From: a virus
Lineage: Duplodnaviria; Heunggongvirae; Uroviricota; Caudoviricetes
DNA length: 64,000 nt
Reading direction: 5' to 3' (one strand)
Virus record (IMG/VR): IMGVR_UViG_3300047393_000100
In this document: in pieces, positions 29,142 to 38,817 of the stretch
How positions within the stretch are numbered: the first letter of the stretch is position 1
Layout of the letters: every line of letters starts with the position of its first letter
Position numbers and translations under genes: made by a program
Notes under the pieces: model-generated
The model's input: only the letters and a program-made list of their open reading frames with translations
Database searches by the model: none
What the model was told of the DNA's origin: nothing

Positions 29142-29618
29142 ATGGAAGTAATTAAACCAGAACCAAGAAACACATTCTATTTAGATAAACATACAAAAAT
29201 ATTTTTAGCAGGTTCTATAGAAATGGGAAAGGCAGAAGATTGGCAATCCATGATTCCTACTATATTTGAAAATAGACAAGAACTTGTTTTCTTTAATCCT
29301 CGCAGAGATGATTGGGATAGTTCATGGGAACAAAATGAATCAAATCCTCAGTTTAACTATCAAGTTAATTGGGAATTAGATCATCTTGATGAAGCTGACT
29401 TAATTTTCATGTACTTCTCACCAGAAACCAAGAGTCCAATTAGTTTATTAGAACTTGGATTATATGCAAATTCTGGCAAAATGATAGTATGTTGCCCCGA
29501 TACTTTTTATCGTAAAGGTAATGTAGATATTGTATGTAGCAAGTTTAATGTTCCTGTTTATAATACAATAGGATCAGCAATTGGTAGATTAAGAACAGAA
29601 TTAAAAGATATAAAATAA
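29142..29618 (+). CDS. nucleoside 2-deoxyribosyltransferase-like protein
   Basis: IFLAGSIEMG...FFNP..D....E pattern typical of the NDT / Rossmann-like fold. Confidence 0.5.
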   Translation: MEVIKPEPRNTFYLDKHTKIFLAGSIEMGKAEDWQSMIPTIFENRQELVFFNPRRDDWDSSWEQNESNPQFNYQVNWELDHLDEADLIFMYFSPETKSPISLLELGLYANSGKMIVCCPDTFYRKGNVDIVCSKFNVPVYNTIGSAIGRLRTELKDIK

Positions 29619-29620
29619 GT

Positions 29621-29893
29621 ATGAAAGATAAATTAGGACTTATAAATTACGAAGGAGATTGCCTTAAAGTAATCAAAGGTTACAACACATTGATTGTTAA
29701 AGACCAATACGGAAAGGTAGCATTAGAAACAGATGTCAAAGGATTATATGATTTCATTGATGGTACATCAAATATTATAGATAGCAAAGGAAAAGAATGG
29801 GATTTTTTGAAAGAACACAAAGATGCTAAACCATCTCTTTTTAAAATACATGAATTCCTTAAGGATTTTAATATTAAAATTTGCAAATGTTAA
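29621..29893 (+). CDS. hypothetical protein
   Basis: ORF. Confidence 0.4.
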   Translation: MKDKLGLINYEGDCLKVIKGYNTLIVKDQYGKVALETDVKGLYDFIDGTSNIIDSKGKEWDFLKEHKDAKPSLFKIHEFLKDFNIKICKC

Positions 29894-29934
29894 TATCTTT
29901 TAGAAATAAAGGTTAAAATACAAATAATTAAAAC

Positions 29935-30642
29935 ATGAAAATAACCCTAATTAGCGACACGCATACTAAACATTGGGAACTTGAAGGAGATCTTCCAGGA
30001 GGAGATGTATTGATTCATGCTGGAGATATTATGAATTCAGGCAGAAATATAGAAGATATTAAAGATTTCTGTAATTGGTTCGATAAACAAAACTACGATT
30101 CAAAGATTTTCATTGCTGGAAATCATGATAGAATGTTTGAGGATTATCCTGAAAAAGCAATGGAAATTGTTAATTCATATAAAATGATAACATATCTACA
30201 GGATTCATGGATTAAACTAGGGAATGATGGACAGTTTAATGATGATACAATGGTTAAAATATATGGTAGTCCGTGGCAACCTGAATTTTACAGTTGGGCA
30301 TTTAATTTACCAAAGGGTGGTCCTGGATTAATGTCAAAATGGGAAGCAATCCCAAAAGATACAGATATTTTAGTAACGCATTGCCCACCACAAGATCATT
30401 TAGATACGAGTGGACCTCCATATAATGAAGGACATTTAGGTTGCGCTTTACTTAGAGAAAAGGTAGATGAACAACCACCAAAGATAATGGTATTTGGACA
30501 TATCCATGGAAGTTATGGATATAAATTTCATAATGGAACTCATTTCTTTAATGCATCTATTTTAGATGAAAGATATGATTATGTTAACAAACCAGTTACA
30601 TTTAATTGGAACCCTGAAACAAACGAAATAATATTTATATAA
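29935..30642 (+). CDS. calcineurin-like metallophosphoesterase
   Basis: LISDTH..GD..GNHD..GH.H motifs. Confidence 0.65.
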   Translation: MKITLISDTHTKHWELEGDLPGGDVLIHAGDIMNSGRNIEDIKDFCNWFDKQNYDSKIFIAGNHDRMFEDYPEKAMEIVNSYKMITYLQDSWIKLGNDGQFNDDTMVKIYGSPWQPEFYSWAFNLPKGGPGLMSKWEAIPKDTDILVTHCPPQDHLDTSGPPYNEGHLGCALLREKVDEQPPKIMVFGHIHGSYGYKFHNGTHFFNASILDERYDYVNKPVTFNWNPETNEIIFI

Positions 30643-30647
30643 TCATC

Positions 30648-31283
30648 ATGGAACCAGAAAAAGACATATTTGATCAGTGGGCTGAAGAACGTGAAAAAAA
30701 ATCATGGATAGTAAGAAAGTTAGAATACATTCCAATTTGGTGGAATCATGATGGCAGATATCTACATAAAGAAATTAAGGTAGGAATCAAAAACATTTGG
30801 TATTGGTTGCCTATTATTTGGAAAGATCGTAATTGGGATTCTCATTATATCTTTGAAATCATGATTCATAAAATCAAAGCACAATCCAAATATATCGGAG
30901 AACGCGGTATGCATACACGATCCGAAAGGGATGCAGAAATTATGATGACATGTGTTCGTCTAATGAAATTAATTCAAGATGATTTTTATAGTTCTGAGTA
31001 TTCAGATTATCATACAACAAAGCATTGGTTTGAAGACGTACCCGGAAAGGAAGGATATAGTTCATGGGAGTCTAAATTAATGGAAGAAAACTTTGATGAT
31101 TTCTTTAAAAAATATCCATTAATCTATAAAAGAGTTATCAAAGGGGAAGGACCATTTAATTTAGAAGGGCGCGACGATGACAAACAAGTCATTGCAATGA
31201 ATATTGGCCATATTAATCATAATAGAGCAAGTAAATTGTTATTTAACTTAATGGAAGAAAATATCCAACGATGGTGGGATTAA
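30648..31283 (+). CDS. hypothetical protein
   Basis: ORF. Confidence 0.45.
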   Translation: MEPEKDIFDQWAEEREKKSWIVRKLEYIPIWWNHDGRYLHKEIKVGIKNIWYWLPIIWKDRNWDSHYIFEIMIHKIKAQSKYIGERGMHTRSERDAEIMMTCVRLMKLIQDDFYSSEYSDYHTTKHWFEDVPGKEGYSSWESKLMEENFDDFFKKYPLIYKRVIKGEGPFNLEGRDDDKQVIAMNIGHINHNRASKLLFNLMEENIQRWWD

Positions 31284-31333
31284 ATTGTTAATAACTTTAT
31301 AAAGATAAGTTTTTACAATTCAAATATTATAGT

Positions 31334-31365
31334 TATATTTACATTATAATTAAAACAACATATTA
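31334..31365 (+). promoter_or_regulatory. promoter-like box
   Basis: Consensus box; long repeat from 31285. Confidence 0.6.
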
Positions 31366-31596
31366 ATGAAAGAAAAATTTAAAGATTTCTACGAATACTT
31401 CCTTAAGTATTATTTATGGTTTTGCTTAGGGATAGTTACAATTAAAGCAATAGATCTTGCAAATTACTTAATGACATATCCAAACGATATAACATTTTTT
31501 GTAGGTTTATTTATTTACACAGTGTGTATCGGTGGTATAGGATACGCAATTTATTCAGTATTTAACAATTTAAAAGAAAAAAAAGATGAGAATTAA
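31366..31596 (+). CDS. small membrane protein
   Basis: Two TM helices. Confidence 0.4.
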   Translation: MKEKFKDFYEYFLKYYLWFCLGIVTIKAIDLANYLMTYPNDITFFVGLFIYTVCIGGIGYAIYSVFNNLKEKKDEN

Positions 31597-32431
31597 ATCG
31601 ATTTTAGTAATTATTTCAGTATTATTAGTATTAATATTTTTAGCAAATTCATGTGAGCGTATAGACGCAGGACATGTTGGAGTACAGGTTAACCTTTATG
31701 GAAGTGGAAAAGGAGTAGATGATGTAACAGCATGTACTGGGGTTGTATTTTTTAATCCAATTTCAACAAAAATTTATGAATTTCCAACATATATTCAACA
31801 TAAAGAATATAAGAAAACAGCAGATACCGATGATTCGTTTATTGTAAACAGTAAAGATGGATCTGAATTCAGGGTTTCACCTATTATGAACTACTCTGTT
31901 AAGGCAGAAATGGTACCTGCAATCTTTGCAAAATACCGTAGATCTTTACCGGAAATTGAGGAAGGATTTTTAAAGACTGCAGTTTATGATGCATTTCGAT
32001 TAGCTACTAATAAATATACAGCTGATGAATTAATTTCGAACCGTGCAATATTTGAGGTAGAAGTACGAAGATTATTAGAAGGACAATTACTTAAGGAAGG
32101 ATTTATTATTAATCAATTTACTTCAAATTTAATTTATCCTGAAACATTTAAACGATCAATTGAAGCAAAAAATAACGCAGTACAATCGGCATTACAAGCT
32201 GAAAATCAAGTTAAAACAGCAGAAGCACAGGCTAAAATTAAAGTTGCAACGGCAAATGGTAATGCTCAAGCTATGTTAACTGCAGCCAAAGCCGAAGCCG
32301 AGGCAAATAGTTTAAAACAAAAAACTATTACACCTATGTTACTTCAATTAGAATGGATTAATAAATGGAATGGTAAATTACCCGTAACAATGTTAGGTGA
32401 TAAAACAAATTCAATGATCGGTATTAAATAA
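31586..32431 (+). CDS. SPFH / band-7 (prohibitin-like) domain lipoprotein
   Basis: Lipobox LANSC, an SPFH-like core and an Ala/Gln-rich coiled-coil tail (QAENQVKTAEAQAK...). Confidence 0.55.
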   Translation: MRIKSILVIISVLLVLIFLANSCERIDAGHVGVQVNLYGSGKGVDDVTACTGVVFFNPISTKIYEFPTYIQHKEYKKTADTDDSFIVNSKDGSEFRVSPIMNYSVKAEMVPAIFAKYRRSLPEIEEGFLKTAVYDAFRLATNKYTADELISNRAIFEVEVRRLLEGQLLKEGFIINQFTSNLIYPETFKRSIEAKNNAVQSALQAENQVKTAEAQAKIKVATANGNAQAMLTAAKAEAEANSLKQKTITPMLLQLEWINKWNGKLPVTMLGDKTNSMIGIK

Positions 32432-32457
32432 GACATCATATATAAGATTAAATTAAA

Positions 32458-32479
32458 GGTCCCTATAGGGACCTTTTTT
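32458..32479 (+). terminator. Rho-independent terminator
   Basis: Palindrome GGTCCCTATAGGGACC followed by T6. Confidence 0.65.
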
Positions 32480-32538
32480 CTGTTAATAACTTTTTGAAAA
32501 CATGTGTAAATAAATTTTCATGGTTCAAATATTATAGT

Positions 32539-32570
32539 TATATTTACATTATAATTAAAACAAACAAATT
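32539..32570 (+). promoter_or_regulatory. promoter-like box
   Basis: Consensus box. Confidence 0.6.
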
Positions 32571-32795
32571 ATGATACGAAGTAAACAAGAAACTAACCAA
32601 CCAATTATCATAGACCTTACCGGTCCTGATGGAAATGCATTTGCGCTTATGGCCTACGCTAAAAGATTTGCAACTCAATTATGTTGGAAAGATAAAGGTT
32701 CTGCACTTATCGAAGATATGATGAGTAGTGATTACGAACATCTTTTGGAAGTATTCGATAATGCATTTGGAGAATTTGTAATCTTAGAAAGATAG
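32571..32795 (+). CDS. hypothetical protein
   Basis: ORF. Confidence 0.4.
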   Translation: MIRSKQETNQPIIIDLTGPDGNAFALMAYAKRFATQLCWKDKGSALIEDMMSSDYEHLLEVFDNAFGEFVILER

Positions 32796-32797
32796 TT

Positions 32798-33442
32798 ATG
32801 AAAATAGTAGTAGAAAAAGGACAAAGAGTATTTTTTACAAGTGATACTCATTATAACCATACTAATATATGTGGAGGTATTTCTCAATGGGATGGTTCAA
32901 GAGGAACACGTGAGTTTAATACATTGCACCAGATGAATCAAGTTCTGGTAGATAATATAAACAATACAGTAGGAGAAAATGACGTATTAATTCACCTAGG
33001 TGACTGGAGTTTTGGTGGAATTGAGAAAATATCTGAGTTTAGAAACCGAATAGTTTGTAAAAACATTCACCTAATCTTAGGAAATCATGACCATCATATT
33101 GAAAATGACAAGGAGGATGTTAGAGATAATTTCTTAAGTGTTAATCATTACGCATATGTTACTGTGGTAATGCAGGCAATTTCTAAGAACCTTCCTGCAC
33201 AAAAGAACAGATTTATATTAAGTCACTACCCAATGGCAAGTTGGCAAGATATGGGACAAGGGGTTATGCATTTACATGGCCATGTTCATTTACCGAAAGG
33301 TAGAAGAGTAGGTCCAGGCAGAATGATGGATGTTGGAGTTGATGGAAACGATTTAAAACCAATTGAATTACGTGATGTTCTTTCTATTTTAAATAAGCAA
33401 CCTATTAAATCAATGTTTGCGTTTAAAGACCACCATGAATAA
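32798..33442 (+). CDS. metallophosphoesterase
   Basis: FFTSDTHYNH..GD...GNHDHH..H.H motifs. Confidence 0.65.
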   Translation: MKIVVEKGQRVFFTSDTHYNHTNICGGISQWDGSRGTREFNTLHQMNQVLVDNINNTVGENDVLIHLGDWSFGGIEKISEFRNRIVCKNIHLILGNHDHHIENDKEDVRDNFLSVNHYAYVTVVMQAISKNLPAQKNRFILSHYPMASWQDMGQGVMHLHGHVHLPKGRRVGPGRMMDVGVDGNDLKPIELRDVLSILNKQPIKSMFAFKDHHE

Positions 33443-33683
33443 GAAACAAAACTTTAATTTTTTATATAATATCAGTATGGCATATTACAATGGACCTAGG
33501 AGAAAAAAGAAGGTAGATCCTTCAATAGTAAGACGTAGAACTACTGCTGAAGATTTTGAAAATACCCTAAGCAGGGCAAAGATCGACGATAACCAAGTAA
33601 ATTTGCATAGTACATTTAAAACAATAGATGGTGTACCTCACAAATTTAAAGAAGGTAAATGGATTCCACTAACTAAAATTTAA
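33417..33683 (+). CDS. hypothetical basic protein
   Basis: ORF; start uncertain. Confidence 0.35.
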   Translation: MRLKTTMNKKQNFNFLYNISMAYYNGPRRKKKVDPSIVRRRTTAEDFENTLSRAKIDDNQVNLHSTFKTIDGVPHKFKEGKWIPLTKI

Positions 33684-33687
33684 AAAA

Positions 33688-34110
33688 ATGAAAGCAACAT
33701 TAAATCACAAATTAAAAAGAATTAAGCAAAAATTTTATATCTGGAGAAAATCAACATTTGATTCAACATATAAGGGAGAGGTTGATAGCCAACAAACTTC
33801 AGCTTATTTAATTTGTAAAAAACTAATTGAAAAACCAGGAGCAATTCTTTTGATGTCTCCATTGAGTGGTAAAAGGTATATCAAATTAGATAGTGATGAA
33901 ATTTTTGTAATTATTAGTTCAACCTCTATTCAAATTATTAATCATGTTTATAGTTATACAATTCCAATTGGAGGTAGAATTTTAAATAAAACATTGGATG
34001 TTTTTGATAGTAAAATGGAAGATACTCGTTCAAAAATGGAGAACAATATGAAAGGAAATATTCAAAAATCATTAAATCAAATCAAAAAAGAATTAGATAA
34101 TAATTTATAA
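33688..34110 (+). CDS. hypothetical protein
   Basis: ORF. Confidence 0.45.
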   Translation: MKATLNHKLKRIKQKFYIWRKSTFDSTYKGEVDSQQTSAYLICKKLIEKPGAILLMSPLSGKRYIKLDSDEIFVIISSTSIQIINHVYSYTIPIGGRILNKTLDVFDSKMEDTRSKMENNMKGNIQKSLNQIKKELDNNL

Positions 34111-34137
34111 AAAGTTTCAATTTAAAACCAAACAAAC

Positions 34138-34314
34138 ATGAAAAATTTAATCGGAGGATTATCAGTAGAATTAGACAATGACACAATTATGATTAGAGAT
34201 TCTAAAACTTCTGAGCTTATACAGGCAAAGGTGGTCTCAGCAAATGATGCAGTAGATACCTATATGAATTTGGTTAAAGTATTAAAAGAAAAACATGCTA
34301 AACGTATCGCGTAA
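34138..34314 (+). CDS. small hypothetical protein
   Basis: 58-aa ORF after AAAACCAAACAAAC; missing from the track because it is under 60 aa. Confidence 0.35.
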   Translation: MKNLIGGLSVELDNDTIMIRDSKTSELIQAKVVSANDAVDTYMNLVKVLKEKHAKRIA

Positions 34315-34541
34315 TGATTAAAGTACAAACAAACACGTATGATTCCTCAACTGTAAAGGCGTCATCATATGATTATGCGACAAAAGATTTAATAGTAGTA
34401 TTTGTTCATGCTACTTATCTTTATAAGAATGTAAATGAGACAGATTATTTATCATTTGCAAATGATAAATCACAAGGTATTGCACTTAACAATGTGATTA
34501 AAGGAAAGTACGACTTTGAAAAGTGCGAAGATGAAAAATAA
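34314..34541 (+). CDS. hypothetical protein
   Basis: ORF. Confidence 0.4.
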   Translation: MIKVQTNTYDSSTVKASSYDYATKDLIVVFVHATYLYKNVNETDYLSFANDKSQGIALNNVIKGKYDFEKCEDEK

Positions 34542-34591
34542 TGATTACATTTATTGGAATGATGAATGGAATCCACCAATTATAAAATAAT

Positions 34592-34954
34592 ATGGAAAGA
34601 TTTATAATACATAAGAACCTTAAAAAGGTTGAAATCCTAATGAGCTTTCATAAAACAGAAGATGGTAAAGAATTACCAAAGGTAATTGCCCTTGCAGAAT
34701 CAACAAGAAGGCCTTATGTTTCCGAAAAGTGGAGTAACCTTGGTGAAATTACATATAAAGCTTCTTATAACAAAAGAAATGGTAATCTTGTAAAGAATTA
34801 TTATTTAGTATGGGGAGATGACGATCGATTTGAAGAGTCAGGATTCCAACGTTTAACCACATCGTCTGGTAGAAAGGTATCATTTAAATCTGCATTAAAG
34901 ATTTTTAATGATGCAAGAAAAGCAACAGAATTTTTAAACTTTTCTAAGATTTAA
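34592..34954 (+). CDS. hypothetical protein
   Basis: ORF. Confidence 0.45.
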   Translation: MERFIIHKNLKKVEILMSFHKTEDGKELPKVIALAESTRRPYVSEKWSNLGEITYKASYNKRNGNLVKNYYLVWGDDDRFEESGFQRLTTSSGRKVSFKSALKIFNDARKATEFLNFSKI

Positions 34955-34964
34955 GATATAAAAC

Positions 34965-35189
34965 ATGACATTAAGAGAAAGGTTTCAGCAATGGTTTATT
35001 AATGACGAAGATGAACACTATGAAGGGATGGTAGAAACTGTTGCTATCGAACATGAAAAAATAGCAGATGATTTTGCTATTGGATTTACAGATTGGTGTA
35101 TTGAAAATGAGGTGTTTTACGCAATAAAGTTTGGTAGGATGCAAACAAAAGCAATATTAGAAATTTATAAAAAAGAAAAAGGATTATGA
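34965..35189 (+). CDS. 74-aa protein, paralog of 51523..51747
   Basis: About 75% identical to the second copy (MTL(R/K)..F.QWFINDE(D/E)EHYEGMVETVAIEHEK). Confidence 0.55.
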   Translation: MTLRERFQQWFINDEDEHYEGMVETVAIEHEKIADDFAIGFTDWCIENEVFYAIKFGRMQTKAILEIYKKEKGL

Positions 35190-35365
35190 TAACAATTATT
35201 GGATATATCTTATCAATTATATTATTAATAATAATAGTATTATTTTTTATAGTTTTATGGTTTAATGAAGAGGAAGAACCTAATGGAAATTCACAACAAA
35301 GTGAAAGACAAAAAAGAAATGATGATTACGATAATAATATTTATTTATAAAAAAGAAAAAGGATT

Positions 35366-36046
35366 ATGAGGTATATTTCAATCGATATCGAAACAACAGG
35401 ATTAGACTCAGAAACAAATCAAATTCTTTCAATAGGAGCAGTAATAGAAGATACGTTAAATCCTCTTCCATTTGAACAGTTGCCAAAATTTCACGCAGTT
35501 ATAAAACGTGAAAGTGTTTATGGAAGTATTTTTGCATTGAACCTAAACAAAGATTTAATCCAAGCAATGAAGGATTATTCTGAAGCAAAAACAGATGAAT
35601 TTAAACAAGAAATTGAAGAATCTTTTGGAGCTAAGTTTTACCATGAAGATGAGGTTGTTGAAGCACTTTACCATTTTTGTTATAGAAATGGATTAGTTCC
35701 ATTTGACCCTAATTTCTTAAATAAACAAATTAAAGTAGTTGATGGTATTGCATATCCAATCTTAGGTTCAAATATGGTTAAAACTTATTTAAACTGTGCC
35801 GGTAAAAACTTTGCAGGATTTGACAAGAAATTCTTAGAGAAATTGCCAAGATGGAAACAAGTATTTTCAATTAGAAGCAGAGTATTAGACCCAGGAATCT
35901 TATTTGTTGATTGGATTAATGATGAGAGCATTCCAAGTTTAGATCAATGCAAAGAGCGCGCAGGAATTAAGGGTGTTGTAACTCATAATGCTGTTGAAGA
36001 TGCAATGGATGTTGTAATGTTACTTAGACAATGTTATAAATCATAG
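35366..36046 (+). CDS. DnaQ-like 3'-5' exonuclease
   Basis: Exo I motif ISIDIETTGLD; C-terminal H..AVEDA. Confidence 0.65.
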   Translation: MRYISIDIETTGLDSETNQILSIGAVIEDTLNPLPFEQLPKFHAVIKRESVYGSIFALNLNKDLIQAMKDYSEAKTDEFKQEIEESFGAKFYHEDEVVEALYHFCYRNGLVPFDPNFLNKQIKVVDGIAYPILGSNMVKTYLNCAGKNFAGFDKKFLEKLPRWKQVFSIRSRVLDPGILFVDWINDESIPSLDQCKERAGIKGVVTHNAVEDAMDVVMLLRQCYKS

Positions 36047-36048
36047 GG

Positions 36049-36384
36049 ATGGGACTACTTCAAAAAATATCATGGAACACAAGAAAATGGAACCTTAAGT
36101 TTAATTTACTTGAAGTTTATTTACATGATGGTGATGGATGTTGGGGATTTTCATTTTGTGAAGTAATTAAAAAATATAGGCCATACTCATTATTATCGAT
36201 TGAGTTTAGATTGCCAAATGGGGCTGAAAGAACAAAGGTACAGATTACAAATTGGGACTTTCTTTATTTAAGTACACCATTATATGATTGGTATCTTGAT
36301 TTAGATGAAAGTATCACATGGGGGCATAAACCAACGAGAGTTCAAAGGATAGGAATCAATATTGTACAAAAACTTTTTAAATAA
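36049..36384 (+). CDS. hypothetical protein
   Basis: ORF. Confidence 0.4.
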   Translation: MGLLQKISWNTRKWNLKFNLLEVYLHDGDGCWGFSFCEVIKKYRPYSLLSIEFRLPNGAERTKVQITNWDFLYLSTPLYDWYLDLDESITWGHKPTRVQRIGINIVQKLFK

Positions 36385-36525
36385 TGTGGATAGGAATTGG
36401 AATAATAATTATTGCGCTATTAGTATGGTCATGGCTTTTTTACGAGATAAAGAATGCACCTGAAATCGATGAAAATGGTAATATAATCACCAAGAAAAAA
36501 GATAAAAATTAACAAAACTTTAACA

Positions 36526-36553
36526 CCTGAGATTATTTAGTCTCAGGTTTTTT
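36526..36553 (+). terminator. Rho-independent terminator
   Basis: CCTGAGA-TTATTTAG-TCTCAGG followed by T6. Confidence 0.65.
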
Positions 36554-36556
36554 GTT

Positions 36557-36585
36557 TATATTTACATTATAATTAAAACAAACAA
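36557..36585 (+). promoter_or_regulatory. promoter-like box
   Basis: Consensus box. Confidence 0.6.
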
Positions 36586-36903
36586 ATGATGACACGTAAA
36601 CTAGAAATTTTAGGATTGATTGAATTAACATCAAAGAGACAAGCAAACAACGGAACGTTAAGATTTCACGATCCAATTACAAGCTGCGATTATTTTAGTT
36701 ATGCTAGTGGGTATGTTCGACGCAAACCAAGAAATACAGTAATCTATCAATTAAATAAAAAAATAACGGTTAAGAGAGAATCTCAATATAGGGCAGGCAC
36801 TTTTTTCGAATGTTACGAAAGAGTAATGGAAATGTCTGAAGAAAAAAGAATCGATATTATTGCAAGAGCAACTGTAAACTTTAGAAAATATCTAAACAAA
36901 TAA
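36586..36903 (+). CDS. hypothetical protein
   Basis: ORF. Confidence 0.45.
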   Translation: MMTRKLEILGLIELTSKRQANNGTLRFHDPITSCDYFSYASGYVRRKPRNTVIYQLNKKITVKRESQYRAGTFFECYERVMEMSEEKRIDIIARATVNFRKYLNK

Positions 36904-37466
36904 TGAATTGCCTGATAGTTATAGCGCATCCAGATCGTACGTCCTTTGAGAATACAAAACTCATAAAGACTTTGAAAATGCGATATACAAAGGATGGACA
37001 TAAGGTAAATATAGTTGATCTTTATCTTGATGATTATAATCCATCTTCATTTGTTGGAGATCTTTCAAATATTAATGATAACGCATTTGCAAAATCATAT
37101 AGACATTTAATAAAAACGTCAAACCATATTTGGATTATTTCACCAACAAGATGGTTATCAATGTCTCCTTTAGTCGAAGGATTTATTGACCAGGTATTTA
37201 TCAGTGGGTTTGCATTTAAGGACGGTAGAGGACTTCTAGGTGATAGAAAACTTGGAGTAGTATTAACATCTACTTCACCTAATAATGTAAGATGGAAGAC
37301 CTTAGATATAATGTGGGTAAGACTTAAGTTAATGGTATTTCCTCAAGTATTTAAGTTTAAAAACATTAAAATATATCAAATTTGGAATGTTAAAAAATCT
37401 ACAAACCTAGAACTCAATACACACCTACAGAGAATAAATCAAATTGTTAATAACTTTTTGAAATAA
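36903..37466 (+). CDS. flavodoxin-like NAD(P)H-dependent oxidoreductase (MdaB/NQO-like)
   Basis: N-terminal LIVIAHPDRTSFENTKL resembles the flavodoxin-like quinone reductase family. The C-terminus runs into the IVNNFLK repeat. Confidence 0.45.
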   Translation: MNCLIVIAHPDRTSFENTKLIKTLKMRYTKDGHKVNIVDLYLDDYNPSSFVGDLSNINDNAFAKSYRHLIKTSNHIWIISPTRWLSMSPLVEGFIDQVFISGFAFKDGRGLLGDRKLGVVLTSTSPNNVRWKTLDIMWVRLKLMVFPQVFKFKNIKIYQIWNVKKSTNLELNTHLQRINQIVNNFLK

Positions 37467-37492
37467 ATGTTTCACAGTTCAAATATTATAGT

Positions 37493-37524
37493 TATATTTA
37501 CATTATAATTAAAACAAACAAATT
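37493..37524 (+). promoter_or_regulatory. promoter-like box
   Basis: Consensus box; long repeat from 37444. Confidence 0.6.
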
Positions 37525-38817
37525 ATGTACTTAGCCGAAATACAAGAGTTTATAGATGCTCAGAATTCTACAAATTCAAATACTGACAAATTAAATGTTT
37601 TAAAGCAATACGCAGATAATGAATCTGTAAAAAAAGCGCTTGAATATACATATAACACATTTAAACAGTATGGTGTTACTTCAACAAATTGCAAGAAACT
37701 TAGCCATCTTTCGAGTTATGGTTTTTCTTCTCTTTTTGATTTATTAGATGATTTAAATTCTAGACATCTTACCGGACATAATGCAATTAGTTGTGTTAAT
37801 GGATTTGTAGAGGCAAATAAAAGACACGAGGATTTAATCTTTTCTATTATTGATAGAAATCTTAAAACTCGTTCAACAACCTCCATGATTAACAAGGTGA
37901 TTCCTAATTTAATTCCAACGTTTGATGTTGCTTTGGCAAATTCATATGATGAAAAAACTGCAAAGAAAGTTAACATGAATGAAGATGTTTGGTACGTTAG
38001 TAGAAAATTAGATGGATGCAGATGTATTTGTATTATTGATGAAAATGGAGAACCTACTTATTTTTCAAGAGGAGGAAATGAATTTCTAACACTTAAAAAT
38101 TTAGATGCTGAAATCATTTCGTTAGGTCTTAAGAATATGGTAATTGATGGAGAAATTTGTATGATGGATGCAAATGGAAATGAGAATTTCCAAGGTATCA
38201 TTAAAGAAATCAAACGCAAAGATCATACGATTAAAAATCCATTCTTTTATATGTTTGATATTCTAACAATGGATGCGTTTATTACAAAGGAAGGAACAAC
38301 TCCATTTTCAATTAGAAATGTTCAATTAGACAATTTATTCTTTGAAAAGGAATTTAAAAATATTGGATATTTAGAACAAACGATTTTGATTGATGAAAAA
38401 ATGTTAACCTATTACATTGGAGTAGCCAAAGAGCAGGGATGGGAAGGACTTATGTTACGCAAAGATGCAACATACCAAGGAAAACGTAGTAATGATATTT
38501 TAAAGGTTAAGCAATTTTATGATGCAGAATATATAGTAGTTGATTTAGAGAATGCAATCAATAGGGTTATAGTTGATGGTAAAGAGGTTGAAGAGATGAT
38601 GTTAAAAAATATCATTATAGAACATAAAGGAAGCAGAGTGCAAGTTGGTAGTGGATTTTCACATGAACAAAAACGTCATTACTTTACAAATCCTAAAGAA
38701 ATTCTTGGAAAACAAGTGACGGTACAGTATTTCGAAGAAACACATAACCAGAACGGCGGTACAAGCTTAAGATTTCCAACTATAAAAACAGTATGGGAAA
38801 CTAAAAGAAATATCTAA
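37525..38817 (+). CDS. ATP-dependent DNA ligase
   Basis: Motif I KLDGCRC (KxDG) plus downstream adenylation and OB-like motifs. Confidence 0.7.
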   Translation: MYLAEIQEFIDAQNSTNSNTDKLNVLKQYADNESVKKALEYTYNTFKQYGVTSTNCKKLSHLSSYGFSSLFDLLDDLNSRHLTGHNAISCVNGFVEANKRHEDLIFSIIDRNLKTRSTTSMINKVIPNLIPTFDVALANSYDEKTAKKVNMNEDVWYVSRKLDGCRCICIIDENGEPTYFSRGGNEFLTLKNLDAEIISLGLKNMVIDGEICMMDANGNENFQGIIKEIKRKDHTIKNPFFYMFDILTMDAFITKEGTTPFSIRNVQLDNLFFEKEFKNIGYLEQTILIDEKMLTYYIGVAKEQGWEGLMLRKDATYQGKRSNDILKVKQFYDAEYIVVDLENAINRVIVDGKEVEEMMLKNIIIEHKGSRVQVGSGFSHEQKRHYFTNPKEILGKQVTVQYFEETHNQNGGTSLRFPTIKTVWETKRNI

